A stretch of DNA of 64,000 bases, taken from positions 120,466,001 through 120,530,000 of the forward strand of contig OZ024745.1 in NCBI GenBank assembly GCA_964016885.1, in the 5' to 3' direction. Every line of letters begins with the position of its first letter. Within the stretch, counting starts at the first letter, position 1. A program made the position numbers and the translations under genes. Shown in pieces: positions 11,299-25,063 of the stretch. Origin of the DNA: Eledone cirrhosa (Eukaryota). A model generated the notes under the pieces. The model did no database searches and was not told the DNA's origin. It worked only from the letters and a program-made list of their open reading frames with translations.

Positions 11299-11674
11299 TT
11301 AACCTGCTGACTGCTGCGTATATTTTACACAGCTATAGTTACTGTGCCAGGTTTTTTTCAGTAAAATGATTATTTTGATTGACAAACGTCAAATCAATAA
11401 ACTAGTAACCCCATCGAGTTTTGAAGTTATGAACTGTTGGAAACGAGTTCATAACTTTGTTGTTATGAACTGTTGGGAACAAGTTCATAACTTTGAAGTT
11501 ATGAACTGTTGGGAACGAGTTCATAACTTTGTTGTTATGAACAAGTTCATAACTTTGAAGTTATGAACTGTTGGAAAGGAGCTCAAATATATTATGATGA
11601 ATTATCCCATCCATGGCACTGGAATGCATACATGTTAGGATGAGTTATCTCGTCTATGGCACTGAAGAGGTTAA
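11299..11674 (+). mobile_element. TTAA-flanked (piggyBac-type) MITE family A with internal 36-bp hairpin tandem repeats; other copies 21102-21413 (-), 43773-44075, 50488-51021
   Basis: TTAACCT...AGGTTAA ends; repeated GTTATGAACTGTTGGAAACGAGTTCATAAC units whose number varies between copies. Confidence 0.8.
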
Positions 11675-13025
11675 AGCTTGTAGAAATATGATGAGAGGTA
11701 ATGATTACTTTAAATAGCATGATGGAGATGCTATGAATTATCAGGAGGGTGTCATTGGGGGAATATATCCACAACACAAGTTGCCTTCCATGATTTAAAA
11801 AAAACGAAAACAAATGAGCAGTAAAGAGTCAATTTAAAAAAAATTGCTGAAATAATTTAACCTTTAGCATGCTAGTAAATTTTATGAGTTGTTTCCCTTG
11901 ACACTACATTATCTATTAAGGGAAGATCACTCTCTGGTGTATTTTGTTGCCTCCAGCGGTCTAAAGGTTAACGAGCTCAATAAAAGAGAGGCCAACTGTG
12001 TGATGGTGGAGATGTTATTAAATAAAGTTATTAAAGACATGAAAGCAGAGACACTATCTTTAGAGATATTGGTTGAGACGTTGAAACATCAGGAATAAGT
12101 TTAGAAACACTACTATCATCATTTTATGTCTATTTTACCATACTTGCATAAGTTAGGTTGTCTTGTTCTGAGGCTAAACAGGTCTGGCAATTGTCTTGCT
12201 CATTCCATTCTGGCATGGTTTCTATGGTTGGAGGCCTTTCCTAATGCCAACCAGCTATAGGCATGTACCAAGTGCATTTTATTGCAGTAATAGCACTACC
12301 ACATGAGGGGGTGGGCAGGAGACTTTTTAGCGTGGCACAAACACTATCACTTTACAGAGTTGGCTGTGTGTATTTTATCAGGGCACCATCAATACCACAA
12401 CAAAAGCATCCTGTAAGGTAGTCGTGCTGGTGACATAACAAAAAATACCTAATCCAACCTGTAAGGTGGTCATTTTGGTGACATGACAAAAAGCACCAAG
12501 TCCACACTGTAATGTGGTTGGTGTTAGGAGGGGTTCCAGCCATAGAAACCAAGCCAAAATACAGATCTACATGAGCATGCTGGTCTCTGGACCAACTTGT
12601 CTCATAACATAACAACCAGTCTAACCTATACAAGCATGGAAAAATGGACTTATGATGATGACTACAACTCTAGACCCGTCAGAGAGAGAGGGAGAGACAA
12701 AGGCACTGAGTAAAAAAAAAAAAAACATTAACATTCTGAATTTAGACTAATTACATGAACTAGATATATTAACAGTCACATGAATATGTATTTAATGGTT
12801 ATCACTCAAGTGTAACTAATGTACTTCTCTACCTAATAATAAAACCAGCTGCATTAAAATAAAATAATGTGACTCATTTTCGACCCTACTGTTACAGCAA
12901 TATGACATAATTGAAGAAGTATGAAATAGAGAAAGAGATAAAATGAATGAGGATAGGCTAGAAGAAAGTAAACATAGGTCTTTTGAGGTCATACAGTACT
13001 GGACTCAATTTTTCCTCTATATTTG

Positions 13026-13456
13026 CATGCTGCATGGTAGTGAGACATGGGCAGCAACTGCAGAGGATATGCGATGGCTGGAGAGAAATGAGGCAAACAA
13101 GCTCCGTTGGATGTGCAATGTCAATGTGCGTGAACGACCGAGCATGGATGCGTTGAAAGAGAAACTGTCTGAGAGGGATAGATTGTAGTGTGCGAGAGAG
13201 GAGACTGCGATGGTATGGACATGTGATGCGCATGGAGGATGACCGATGGGTGAAGAAGTGCCAGGAAATGCCAGTTGAAGGAAGAAGTGGTAGAGGTAGA
13301 CCACGAAAAACATGGGCGGAGGTGGTGAGAGCAAACCTCAGATCGCTGAAGCTCACGATGGAGGTGACGAAGGACCGTGACAAGTGGAGAGATGCTGTGC
13401 TGAATAGGACCCGTCCCACCCTTGCAAGCAGGGAAAAGCGGATGTAAAATGATGAT
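13026..13456 (+). mobile_element. RTE LINE 3' fragment
   Basis: MLHGSETW...RWYGHVMR...GRGRPRKTW. Confidence 0.9.
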
Positions 13457-14944
13457 ATCTTTTTCACTCCTTCTCTAGAAGAAATCAGCTGTGTTCCAAC
13501 CTAGAAGGTTTAAAAAATGCCCAAGACATGCTGTATGTCAATACAGTATCCCTACAACTCCATCAAGACTTACAAGTCCATATATACATACATACAAATA
13601 AATATAGGATGACCATTAGTTACCAGTCTGAATGGTGTTGGAACACGTCTCCAACATTCATTGAAGTCAGTCTTCATCATCATCATCGTTTACCATCCAG
13701 CATAGGTAGAACAGGCCGCCCTTTTGTGAGGGACCAGGTCGGGGGACCATGATTCGCTCACTCAGAACTGATTTGGCTTGGTTTCTACGGCTGGATGCCC
13801 TTCCTAACACCAACCACATTTACAATGTGGACTGGGTGCTTTTAGACGTGTCGCCTACATGACCACTTTACAGCATGGACAGGGTGCTTTTTGTTATGAC
13901 ACCTACACGATCACGTTACAGTGAGGACTGGGTGCTTTATGTCATGACACCTACATGACCACTATAGTGGGCTGGGCTCTTTTGGTGTGGCTCCAGGGGG
14001 AATCACTTTATAGTTTCTAATTTAGACACTTGGCCTGCAATTTGGGGGGAAGGGAAAGTTTATTGTATCAACCCCAATACCAGACTGGTACTTTATTTTG
14101 ACTTCAGAAGGATGAAAAGCAAAATTGACTTCAGCAGGACATGATTATCATTATCAATTAACATCCTTCTTCCACGGTAGCATGGGTTGGACAGGTCCTA
14201 TCTTGAGGCAAGTTGTGTCGGGTGACCGTGTCTCGCTCCTATAGAGATGTTTCCGGCTGGTTTTGTACGGCTGGATGCCCTTCCTAATATCAACCACATT
14301 TACAGAATGTAAAATAAGGCAGAATGCCAATAAGGCAGAGCAACAGACCAAGGTTTCACTACCTGACAAAGATGACAAGCTGTCAAAGTATCAGACCCTG
14401 TAACAATGGAGACTTTGTGTTCTTGGTCCCCAACCCACATGTCTACTCACGACTATCGGAATTAACCACCCACTAGGCTGAACCCCACGAGTTGGAGCAG
14501 CTCTTCCAATGTGACTCCCTCGCCATATTCAAAGGCAACAATATTCTATCAGCTGGAGTCATAGGAAAGCCAATATCAGGGGATCCTGCACACCTGAAAG
14601 TGCTCCCTTACACCGTCATTATAGGAATAGGCTATGTAGCCAGTAAACCCGAAAGTGTTTCACCAGCCCCTTCCTTCTGTTGTCTATGTATTTATGTGTA
14701 TGCAACTAAAGAATACCGTACATTACGAATGGACGACTAAATGATTTTAACTTGTTTTTTAACAATTGATGATGAAAAAGATTTCAAACTGTCTTAACTC
14801 AGGTTGCAATTCATGGTGTCTGACACACTTACCAGCTACATAGCCTCTTCTGTCATTACAGTAGCGATGTTTGAGCATGCAGAATAACATTGTCAACTAC
14901 TATTAATGATTCCAGAAAACTAGTTTATTCATTTCTCAACTTAC

Positions 14945-15041
14945 CTGTGAGAGGTAATGAGGGATAATCTGTTGACGCCTCATTGCCATAATAAAGAGTT
15001 TTACAAAGTTGTTCAGTCAGTTCAATATGTTCGGCAGAACG
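14945..15041 (-). CDS. CNPPD1: CNPPD1 exon 2 (RSAEHIELTEQLCKTLYYGNEASTDYPSLPLT)
   Basis: tttcag acceptor, G|gtaag donor, 97 nt, phase 0 to 1. Contains the H..L...L...LYYG motif of CNPPD1. Confidence 0.9.
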
Positions 15042-16212
15042 CTGAAAGGTAAAACATTAAATAATTATCTTTTGGCATAAGAACTTACGAGAAGTTGTGG
15101 AACACATGCGTTTCCATTAAAATATCATTGCAGTAAAAACAATGGATCTGAAAACCTATTCATCCAGCTGAACTATACTCTCATGAGATATGACTAATAT
15201 AGTTTCTTTGTTCACACTGCCAACACAAAGAATACTGCTTTTAAACCATACAGATAGCTGTTGGGAATGAACTGTATAACATATGTTAGATTTTATATTA
15301 ATAATAATACTGTTTTGTTTTTTAAGAACAACGCTGCGGAAATCAGTCTTTCTGGTAAAAAAAGGTTCATGTATAATATTTTCTGAAACGCACTTGACTA
15401 AAAAGCTAATATTTTGCTTTGTGGCTACTTTAAATTATTCTTTAGAAATGATTGTTTTCAAAATGCAGTTTTGAACAAAACATTCCAAAACTATGCCTGT
15501 CAGTTCTCTTTTGTGATATCTAAATATATTTTGTATAATCCGTCAGTTCTTTTTCTTGTTTACTGTATGCGTGTTGACTTGAACTGGATAATGGAAAGAC
15601 TATTTAATTAACTATAGGACAAGATCAAGTGTAACCTTGGTGATAATCATAGGAGAATAAAAGAAAGCAACAGCTGTCATTTTGGCGCCTTTCAAAATGA
15701 CAGGCAACATTTGTGAAAGTTTATCGTAAGTGTACTAAATTAAATTGAATATACTGCGTCGACTTCACCGGATACCTTTTCGTCTTCCAAATTATAACGG
15801 AATGTTTGAAGTATCTTTATTCAAACTGAGTTCAGATTACAAATTGTTTTGGGGGTTTTTTAACGTTTAATTACTTCCTTTTAAGTACAATATTTCGAGA
15901 GAGAACGACATATGACACACAAGGTTAATTGTTATCAGAGAAGGAATATAAAAATGCCTTTCGCAATAATAATACTTTTTTAATATCTAAATCAATTGAA
16001 AAAGTGAAAGTCCAGACCGATATAATTTTAACTTGAGTGTAAAGTACTGTATATATGTGTGTGTATTCTCTACGATATATGGTTCTTTCTCTCTCTTCTA
16101 TACATGTATCTTTTACATTTGAATTATTATTGCTCTGGATAAAGTCTATTGAGCTTGTTTATTGAAAAATACAAAATTCTAACATATTTGATATGTTTTG
16201 ATTCCTCACACT

Positions 16213-16256
<44 letters not shown>

Positions 16257-16391
16257 TATCATTAGAGTCGAAGCAAGGCGAATAGGACTGACATAACTCC
16301 GGCCGTTTCCTCACTCACTCAATGATCAACTAAGTTCGTATTATTAAAATTCGGACACCAGCTGGCCAGAAAGCACACTTTCATTATATAT

Positions 16392-16425
<34 letters not shown>

Positions 16426-17570
16426 GTATATATAAGTATTTGAGAGAGACAGATATCTGATATGATATTCAGAACAAAAAAACTTTATTGGGTATGTTTC
16501 TTTAAGCAGAAGAAACAAAACACCAAAAGAAGTAATGACCTTACATATCTATTATGTATATCATGTATTGCTTTTGCCAGATGTTGACAACTATTGTGAA
16601 TCGTGTGTAATTAATCTTTATCACAATACACATTCCCTTACATAGGGGACACTTGTGTAGTAAGAAATTCTCAGTAGAGCGCTGGACATCAGGTGTTCAG
16701 AGAAGCCAACCCCGTCTCCGAAGTCATCCTCGCGTTTCAGCATAAATTCTTTATACACTAAATATGAGGAGGGAAGCATCCTAGGCGGTGGCTCCTGGGT
16801 GCCCATTTGATGACTCCTGTTAACAACTTGTCTATCGAAAACTTGTAGGGCACTTCAGCCGTATGGAGATCACTTCTATTCCTCCTCCAGATCCACTGGA
16901 ACTCTTCTCCGCAACCTCTGTTGTTGCTGTAAGGGTTTTGATCCTCTACAACAACCTGACAATAATACAGTATATCCTTATTTAACTAATAGTTGTGACC
17001 AAAGACAAACAACCCTATCAGTTTGTACATTAGGTACTAGACTGTACAATGTATTATTATTTAGTTCGAGCAGTAGTGTGTGATTTAAAGGATATGCTAG
17101 TAACGTTGAGAGACCACATAAAGATTCCTTCGTTAACTCGATATTAGCATATTGATTGATTGAATGATATGATAATAGTTTTATTTTAAAATTAATACAA
17201 ATAAAAAATATTATAAACAGAAAAATAGTTTTACAATAGAAATCAGGGAGATATGAAAAAGTGGAACGGAAAAGCAGCTTGGATTATCCTAGCACATATG
17301 TTCCTCAAAAATAATAAACAAGAAATATTTAAAGCATGTGTTTATAAAGCATGATTAAAAAAAGGAAGGGCATAATATAAGTAGACTTCATGTCTTTCGA
17401 AACAGTAACGGATGTTTTCTTCCAGATGAAAATACGAATGTGTATGTATGTATGTATGTATGTATGTATGTGTGTGTGTGTGTGTGTGAATCACAAAGTA
17501 ATACCATGTATTAAAATATAAAAACAACCATTATTTACATATAGATGACTCATATATATATATATATCAG

Positions 17571-17622
17571 GGCTTCGCTGATGATTTCCTTCGAATGAAA
17601 CAGTTCTAGTCCTGTAGAAGCC
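17571..17622 (+). ncRNA. Hammerhead motif of a third Penelope-type repeat family
   Basis: GGCTTC-g-CTGATGA-TTTC-CTTC-GAAT-GAAA-CAG-loop-CTG-TA^GAAGCC; the downstream sequence matches 55860-55965 in reverse. Confidence 0.6.
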
Positions 17623-18192
17623 ATTTCTATATTAAATATATATATACTCTGCTATGTATTGAGTACCTTACTTGCTGTGGTTACCCCCCGATTGACCCGG
17701 GATACTGGGCTAACCTTCAGCAACTTCACATTACACTCCCTGGAGAGAGAGAGAGAGAGAGAGAGAGCTAGAGCTAGAGAGACAGAGAGAGAGAGCTAGA
17801 GAGAGAGAGAGAGAGCTAGAGCTAGAGAGATAACACGGCTGTCTTTCGTTAAAAGCTAATGTTTATTTTTCTTACATCATTCGCTCACAACATATTTGCC
17901 ATTACTCCCTTGCAAAATTTACCCGAAAGATTTATCCCTCGATTTTCACCGTTCATTTCAAGTGATAGTCGAAAATGTTACAGCTTCGTCTAGCCTTTCG
18001 TTATAGCCATCAGAGAAAATAATTACTGATACAAAGACATATTTTAACTATGAACAGCTGTTATCGCTTGTAAGAATACGTTGACATTATTGAAGAACAA
18101 ATAATAAATTCCATTGCCAAGTATATATTTATATGAACATGATATAGTGTTTGAGAGCTCTTTAGAGTATACCGGTATATGTGCGCGCCTGT

Positions 18193-18249
<57 letters not shown>

Positions 18250-18588
18250 CTATATATATATATATATAGTGTGTGTGTGTATGTGTATAGATAGATAGGC
18301 AGCTAGATAGATGAAATATGGTATACTGCGCATGTGGGTGAAAGGTGAACCAAATGAGAAAATATTAAGCTTTATATAGCAGCAGAAATGAAAACGGTGA
18401 CGATGGTAGTGATTGTGTATGTATTGTTAGCGGGATTCCTTCAACTCAAGATATAAAGATAAAATATCCTGCTATACTAATGGCACAATAAAGGAATCAA
18501 GCGTCGATACTTTTCGTATTATTTTATTTGGTTCAGTAATTGGGCTTTGGGCTTTGAGATTACCAGAGAAAGTATTTATTTTACTCAC

Positions 18589-18657
18589 CTCACAATCCAA
18601 ATAAGTATGGGGTGAACGACGCATGTTGTTGTCTTCGGGTGGCGATGTTGAAAACAT
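18589..18657 (-). CDS. CNPPD1: CNPPD1 probable first coding exon (MFSTSPPEDNNMRRSPHTYLDCE)
   Basis: ATG plus 23 codons ending at a strong GAG|GTGAGT donor in phase 0, matching the phase-0 acceptor at 15041. Length equals the N-terminal segment of human CNPPD1 as recalled, but sequence similarity is weak. Confidence 0.6.
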
Positions 18658-19834
18658 CGTCACTACAATCTCCAAAAATAGCTGTGTCCTTTCAGGGATA
18701 AGTGTAATTTACTGTAGATGTAGAAATATTCTTTACAAAACAGCCCTAAACACACTTTAATATGTCTTCTCGTTACAGAAGACAACCATCCACAAAAGAG
18801 AATAAGTAGGCGGAAAGGATGATGGCTGGCTTTCCTTGGCAGAATGACTAAGAGTAGACTAAGTTAAGTGGTTAAATAGTTGAACCGCCAAGCTATATAA
18901 TTGCTATGAGCAGTACAATATAATTTACACACACTTACTTATTCTAACTGCCTATCTTTCTCTCAGCCTTCCACTCTACCGTTTCTTACAGTTATCTCCC
19001 CCTGTTTCCGGCTTGTCTTTTCACAACTTATTGTTTTCTCTATTTTTTCCTTCTGATTTTTTACTCCGTCTCACCACTTTTTTTTATCTTTTCTTCTAAC
19101 TCTATACTTCTCATGCGATATTTTCATTTTCCCTTTCCTAATCAAATCATTTTATTTATTGTAATGCACCCATTTTCTTTTTCTAATAAGATTTCTCTGA
19201 AATACGACTTCCCAGCACACTCTCTCTCTCTCTCTCTCTCTCTTACACACTCACTCACTTTCTCTCTTTCCTCTTAGTTTCTTTCACCAATGTACTTTAT
19301 TTTATTCTCTTTATCCTATTTCTTTTTATCTTTCCTTTTCTTTTTATCACATTGTCATTAATCACTAATATGTCTAGTAATTTCTAGTCTTCCTTACATT
19401 TCATTCCACAAATGACGTATCTATCTATCTATCTATCTATCTATTTATCTACCTATCTATCTAATCACTCCTTTTAATTTCTCCTAGTTTCAATGTTTTA
19501 CCTCTCTCCCCCTCCCTCTCTCTCTCTCTCAATCTATCTATCTACCTTTCCCTAATAGTTATAGAACCATTGTGAAGACTTCGTTCTTTAGTCTATGATA
19601 TAACATTATTATTACACCCGGTAGATTGTAATAGGGCGGTGGATTGGCAGTATCGGTAGAGGGTCGGACGCCATGCTTTCCAGCATAGTTACGTCCCTTA
19701 ACGATCTGAGTTCAAATCCCGCTGAGGATGACTTTGCCTTTCATCCTTACGGGGTCGATAAAATAAAGTACCAGTAATGTACTGGGTAATTGCTAGCCTT
19801 GTGCCAAAAAGTAGAAACAATTATTACACCCAGT

Positions 19835-21570
19835 AGGCAATGCGGTCAGTGGAAATTCCACTCTTAAGTTCTATAAAGGATTAGTGGTGGGCAAGGGCAA
19901 CAACGTTCTTGGAGAAACTCTGGGCACTACTATTGGAGGGGGGGGGGCCTCTGCTGGTTCGAGATAAACTCTACGGACGGATTGCCCAAGAAGTTCACAG
20001 AGCGACGAAACCATTCTGCATGCACTTGTGGAGTTATGTCAAACAGCTGTTATTGTGGATGTATCCAGCTATCGACCGAGTCCATAGTGAAAATCGCCCC
20101 GCTGCCTTCTTTTGGCTGGGAAGGGCAGGCAGTTTTGAGGGTGACTAAAGAACCTGACACAGATGGAGCCCTGATCAACTTAGACCGATCGAAAGCTTTC
20201 GATAGGGTCAGCCATCGATACTTGGCAGATAGCTTCGGGCCCTTTTTCAGAGGATCGATCACTGCAATGCATGACATCTGCTCTGTGATCAGTGTGAACA
20301 GGCACCTCTCAAAACTGTTCAACTTCGTGTGCTCAGTCCACCAAGGTCGTCCTCTCTCATCTCTTGCATGTATTGACTCTTGAGCCACTACTACACAAAT
20401 TGAAAATGTTATGAGACGTCCCACTCAGACTAGAATATGGGAGATTCGTGTCAGCATATGCCAACAATGTCCAGCAGCAGATATATTGAGTTGATCAACA
20501 TCAGATTCGGGTTATACAAGATGATAACAAGAGTAAAAATTAACCAAGAAAAGTCAGTGGGCCTGTGGCTCAGCACATGGAGAGACAAGTCCATGCCATC
20601 AAACAGCATTGTTGGTTACTGGACAGACGGACCAGTCAAATTGGTATAGGTCAGATTTGGTCTAGACTTCCAAAAGAACAAAAACTAGGATGAGGTAACA
20701 ACCAAGATGACCCCTCTCATCCAGAAATGGGTTGAGAGGAAGCTATCACTGAAAGGTCGGGCAGAGGTGGAGATTCTGTCCATTATCCACTACTGGCTGA
20801 CCATCATGCCTTGTCCTGGTCTATATCTGACCACACTGGAGCATTTACTCTTTAGCTTTTTTATGGAAGGAACGCATGCTAATGGTCGGGCAGTCCATTT
20901 GCTGCCAACACCACTGCATGGAGGACATGCACTGTGACTCTATCACCTCAATCACAAACAGTTGTTACCTTTTGCTAGGCACATGTTTCCACAGCTCATC
21001 TCCTTGACAGTTGCAGTCCTGGGTCAAGCAATGGCCAAGAGGAAAATGAAATGTCCAACCAACTAGGCAGTATGATTATTGGAAACTCCACCTGGCATTC
21101 TTTAACCTTTTCAGTGCCTTAGAAGAGATAACTTGTCCTAACATGTATGCATTCCAGTACCATGAACAAGATAACTTGTCCTAACATGTATGCATTCCAG
21201 TACCATGAACAAGATAACTTGTCCTAACATGTTTGAACTCATTTCCAACAGTTCATAATTTCAAAGCTAGATGGGGTTACTAGTTTATTAATGTGACATT
21301 TGTCAATCATTCAGATTAATAAATATTTGTTTTAAAAAATAGTCATTTTACTGAAAAAAAACTGGCACAGCAACTGTAGCTGTGTAAAATATACACGGCA
21401 GTCAACAGGTTAAAGAGTTAGTTACGGATAAAAACAATGATGTTCTTGGGGCAACTCTGGGCATGGAAGAAAATCAACTAGCCACCGAAGGACTTTCAGT
21501 CCAGGGCCTACGGATAATTTCCAGAAATCACTGGTTTGGCAGAGCTACTGTGGAGCTTTGCCAGTTCATT
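19835..21570 (+). pseudogene. Decayed L1/Tx1-clade LINE reverse transcriptase, interrupted by a TTAA MITE
   Basis: GALINLDRSKAFDRVSHRYL, SVHQGRPLSSL, KINQEKSVGLWL, WVERKLSLKGRAEV. Confidence 0.85.
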
Positions 21571-22016
21571 GGTGAAGAAGAAGTAAGATTTTAGCCTTTA
21601 CCGTGAAAACACAATAGTGTATCTATAGAGTAATGTAATTGGTAAATATATTGTTTCTACTTTTGGTACAAGGCCAGTAATTATCCCAGTGTATTACTGG
21701 TGCTTTATTTTATCGAAGTTAACTCTATGCTGCAAAGCATGGGGTCTGACTCTCTACCGATGCTGCCAATCCAAAAAAACATGATTATATGGTTTGTATG
21801 AAAATATTCTCTGTAAATCGTTTTGTTTCATTTAGTATCTTATTAACATTTGTGTGGGGAGGATTGTCTAAAAAATGTGGGTTCAGCAGTTTTTGGAAAA
21901 TATATAAAGGTTTTGTGATAAAATAAGTCTGGGAACTGCTGCCATTTAACCTTTTGTGACTATAATTCTAATGAAATATACTATATTTCAATTAATTGAT
22001 GAAGAATTTTAATGGG

Positions 22017-22362
22017 TTCCTCCGAAGGGTCTTTGGAGTAATGTTACTCGATAAAGCGCGTAGCTCGGAGATCGGAGAGTCACTCCGGATAGAGCTGCTA
22101 TTTCTCCGAATTGAGAGATCATAGCTCTGATACAATGGACATGTGGTTAGAATGTCTCAGGAAAGAATCACTGGACAGATTTTAAGGGCAAAAACCAACC
22201 GGCAGGACACCCAGGGATAGACCCCGAGCTGGTTGGATAACATCCATGAGCTTGGTTGGTCTCATTTGGGGACCCAGCCGGATAAGTTGGAGACGGTTGC
22301 TTCTGACAGGACCCGCTGGCCCCACAACCCTCTCAGGAATAAGTGGGCAAAGAAGAGAAGAA
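22017..22362 (+). mobile_element. RTE-group LINE 3' fragment with GAA tail (shorter copy 46586-46805)
   Basis: LRRVFGVMLLDKARSSEI...GHVVRMSQER...RPR; shared 3' end between the two copies. Confidence 0.75.
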
Positions 22363-24736
22363 TTTTTATGGATTTACTAAAAAATTTTAAATAATTCATT
22401 GCTAATAACTTAACATATGGTTCTTATATAAAATTATGTTAAATAGGAACCAGAGGATGTTTTAGTTTGCTTGAAACATTGTGTAAAATTCGTTTTAGGG
22501 TAAAGTAAATAGAACACAGGTCTCATGATCCCTTCATTGCTTCTGTTATTGAAAAGAACCACCACTTTTGGATTGAGAAGTCCTTACATGGGAATATCAT
22601 AAGATGTCTACTAAATCTCTCTAAATTATTAATTCATTTCAAAACTATTTGAGAATCATTGGCAATGTTTTTCATCAGAAAACAAAATGATTGATCAGAT
22701 AACAAAATGATTGTCATTAGGTCAATGTATCTTTGTCACCCATTCTTGATCTTTGTTTCAGGATACTATTTCTGATAGTAATATCCCTTGCCATCTACCA
22801 AGGCAATGTTTCCTCCATTATGTCTGCTGGGACCACAAAGCAATGATTTATATTGATACATGATCTGAGTTTTTATTATTTTCTATTATCTTCTCTTCCT
22901 TTAACTAACCACTTTCTCATTGGATCAGAGAGTAAATACAACATAAAGCACCCAGCCCAGCTTGTAAGTGTTGGTGATATGACAAATACACCTGGTCCAC
23001 CCTGTGAGGTGGACATGCTGGGGACATGAAAAAGTACCTGGCCCAACCTGTCAGTTGGTCATTTTGGTGCCATGATAAAAAGCAACCAATCCATGCTTTA
23101 AATGTGATTGGCATTAGGAAAGGCATCCAACTGTAGAAACCTAATCAGAAAGTTCTCTATGAGCAAGACATGGTCATCTGACTTCTCTCACAATGGAACA
23201 ACTCGTCCAACCCATGCTAGCGTGGAAAATGGACGTTAAATGGTGATGATGATAATGATGATGATGATGATATGGAGCCAAGCTAGCAGTGGGACAACAG
23301 CTACTCTTATCTTTATATATTCCCTTATTTGGCTATCATACTATAAAGAATGTAATTGCAAACAAGATAAAAAAAATAATTGTTTCTACATTTGGCACAA
23401 AGCCAGCAATTTGAAGGAGAGGGGAAAGCCCATTGAATCAACACCAGTGCTTACTGGTACTTTATTTTATCGACCCCGTAAGGATGAAAGACAAAGCTAA
23501 TCTCAGGGATTTGAAATCATAACGTAAAGGGACGTAACTCTATGATGCAAAATGTTACCTGACGCTCAACCGATACTGCCAATCCACTCCAAGAAAAAAA
23601 AAAATAATGTAGTTTGTAAGCTTTTGATATTAAAATGTCCAGGTGTTAAAGATGAATCACAATATGTTATGTGGAGCATGTAATAAAATATATATAATGT
23701 ATAGCAGGTGTCACAACAAAAAACACACAGTACATGCTGTAATGTGGACGTATAGGTAACACGGTAAAAAGTTCCCAGTCCACACTGTAAACGTGGTTGG
23801 TGTTAGGAAGAGCATCCAGCCATGGAAAACCTGCCAGATAGTCCTATACGAGCGAGACACAGTCACCCGACCAACCTTGCCTCAAGTGGGACAACTCCCG
23901 TCTAACCCATGCTAGCGTGGAAGATAGACATTAAACGATGATGATGATATATTGGATGAAGAAATACTATGAATTGAATGTAAAGATTATATAATGTAAA
24001 GGTATTTCAAAGAAGATTTAGTTAATATATATAATCAGTTCTGTATGAGTCCTCCCGACCTGATCCCTCAGAAACGGACAGCCCGTCCTACCCATGCTAG
24101 CGTGGAAGATGGACGTTAAACGATGATGATGATATCTTCATGAAGGCACGTGGCTGAGTGGTTAGAGAATTGGATTCACAATTGTGAGGTTGTCAGTTCG
24201 ATTCTTGGACCGGGCGATGCGTTATGTCCTTGAGCAAGACACATTATTTCATGTTGCTCCTTCTACCTGGAGTTGTGACCGATAGATAGTACTAGCAATT
24301 GGAAAGACCAACGGAAACATTGTTTTGACGAAAAGTCGATCGACTGTTGATATCTTCTTTCATGCTATATGAGTGAGACACGGTCACCCGACCAGCCTTG
24401 CCTCAAGTGGGACAACTCCCGTCTAACCCATGCTAGCGTGGAAAATGGACGTTAAACGAAGATGATGATGAGATGATGATGATGCTCACTGGGACTGAGG
24501 TTACCCTAGGTCCACGATCCCAGGGGTGTGATCATGTATAGAGACAACCAGGTCCACCAGTTAATATGTATACCTTTGAATATTTGAAGGCTTGAGAAGA
24601 CAGAATTAAAATATATATAATAATTGTTTCTACTTTTGGCACAAGGCCAGCAATTACCCAGTACATTACTGGTACTTTATTTTATGTTGTAAATATCTAA
24701 ACTATGTCACTATGGAGAGTCAAGACTATTTTTATG

Positions 24737-24905
24737 GATGATGATGACAACGACAATGATGATGATAGATGATGATGATGACGACTATGATGATGATAGA
24801 TGATGATGATGGTGATGATGATGATGTTGATGGTGATGATGGTGATGATGATGATGATGTTGATGATGGTGATGATGATGATGACAACAATGACGATGAC
24901 GACGT
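24737..24905. repeat. (GAT)n-rich microsatellite
   Basis: Directly visible GAT/GAC/GGT tract. Confidence 0.9.
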
Positions 24906-25063
24906 CGATAGGAAGGAGGAAGAGGCTTAGGAGTTGTGCGTCAAATGTTATTATGTAAATCTAAAAACCATGTATTATTATTAACCCTCTTCGATAAAAT
25001 AAAGTACCAGTAATACACTGGAATAATTGCTGGCCTTGTGCCAAAACTAGAAACAATTATTAT

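Noticed and set aside
15089-15147. 59-nt segment with AG acceptor and GTAAGT donor as an extra CNPPD1 exon
   Set aside because: It would shift the frame and leave only a 47-nt intron.
16621-16806. 61-aa ORF as CNPPD1 first exon
   Set aside because: No similarity to CNPPD1 and no suitable phase-0 donor; 18589-18657 fits better.
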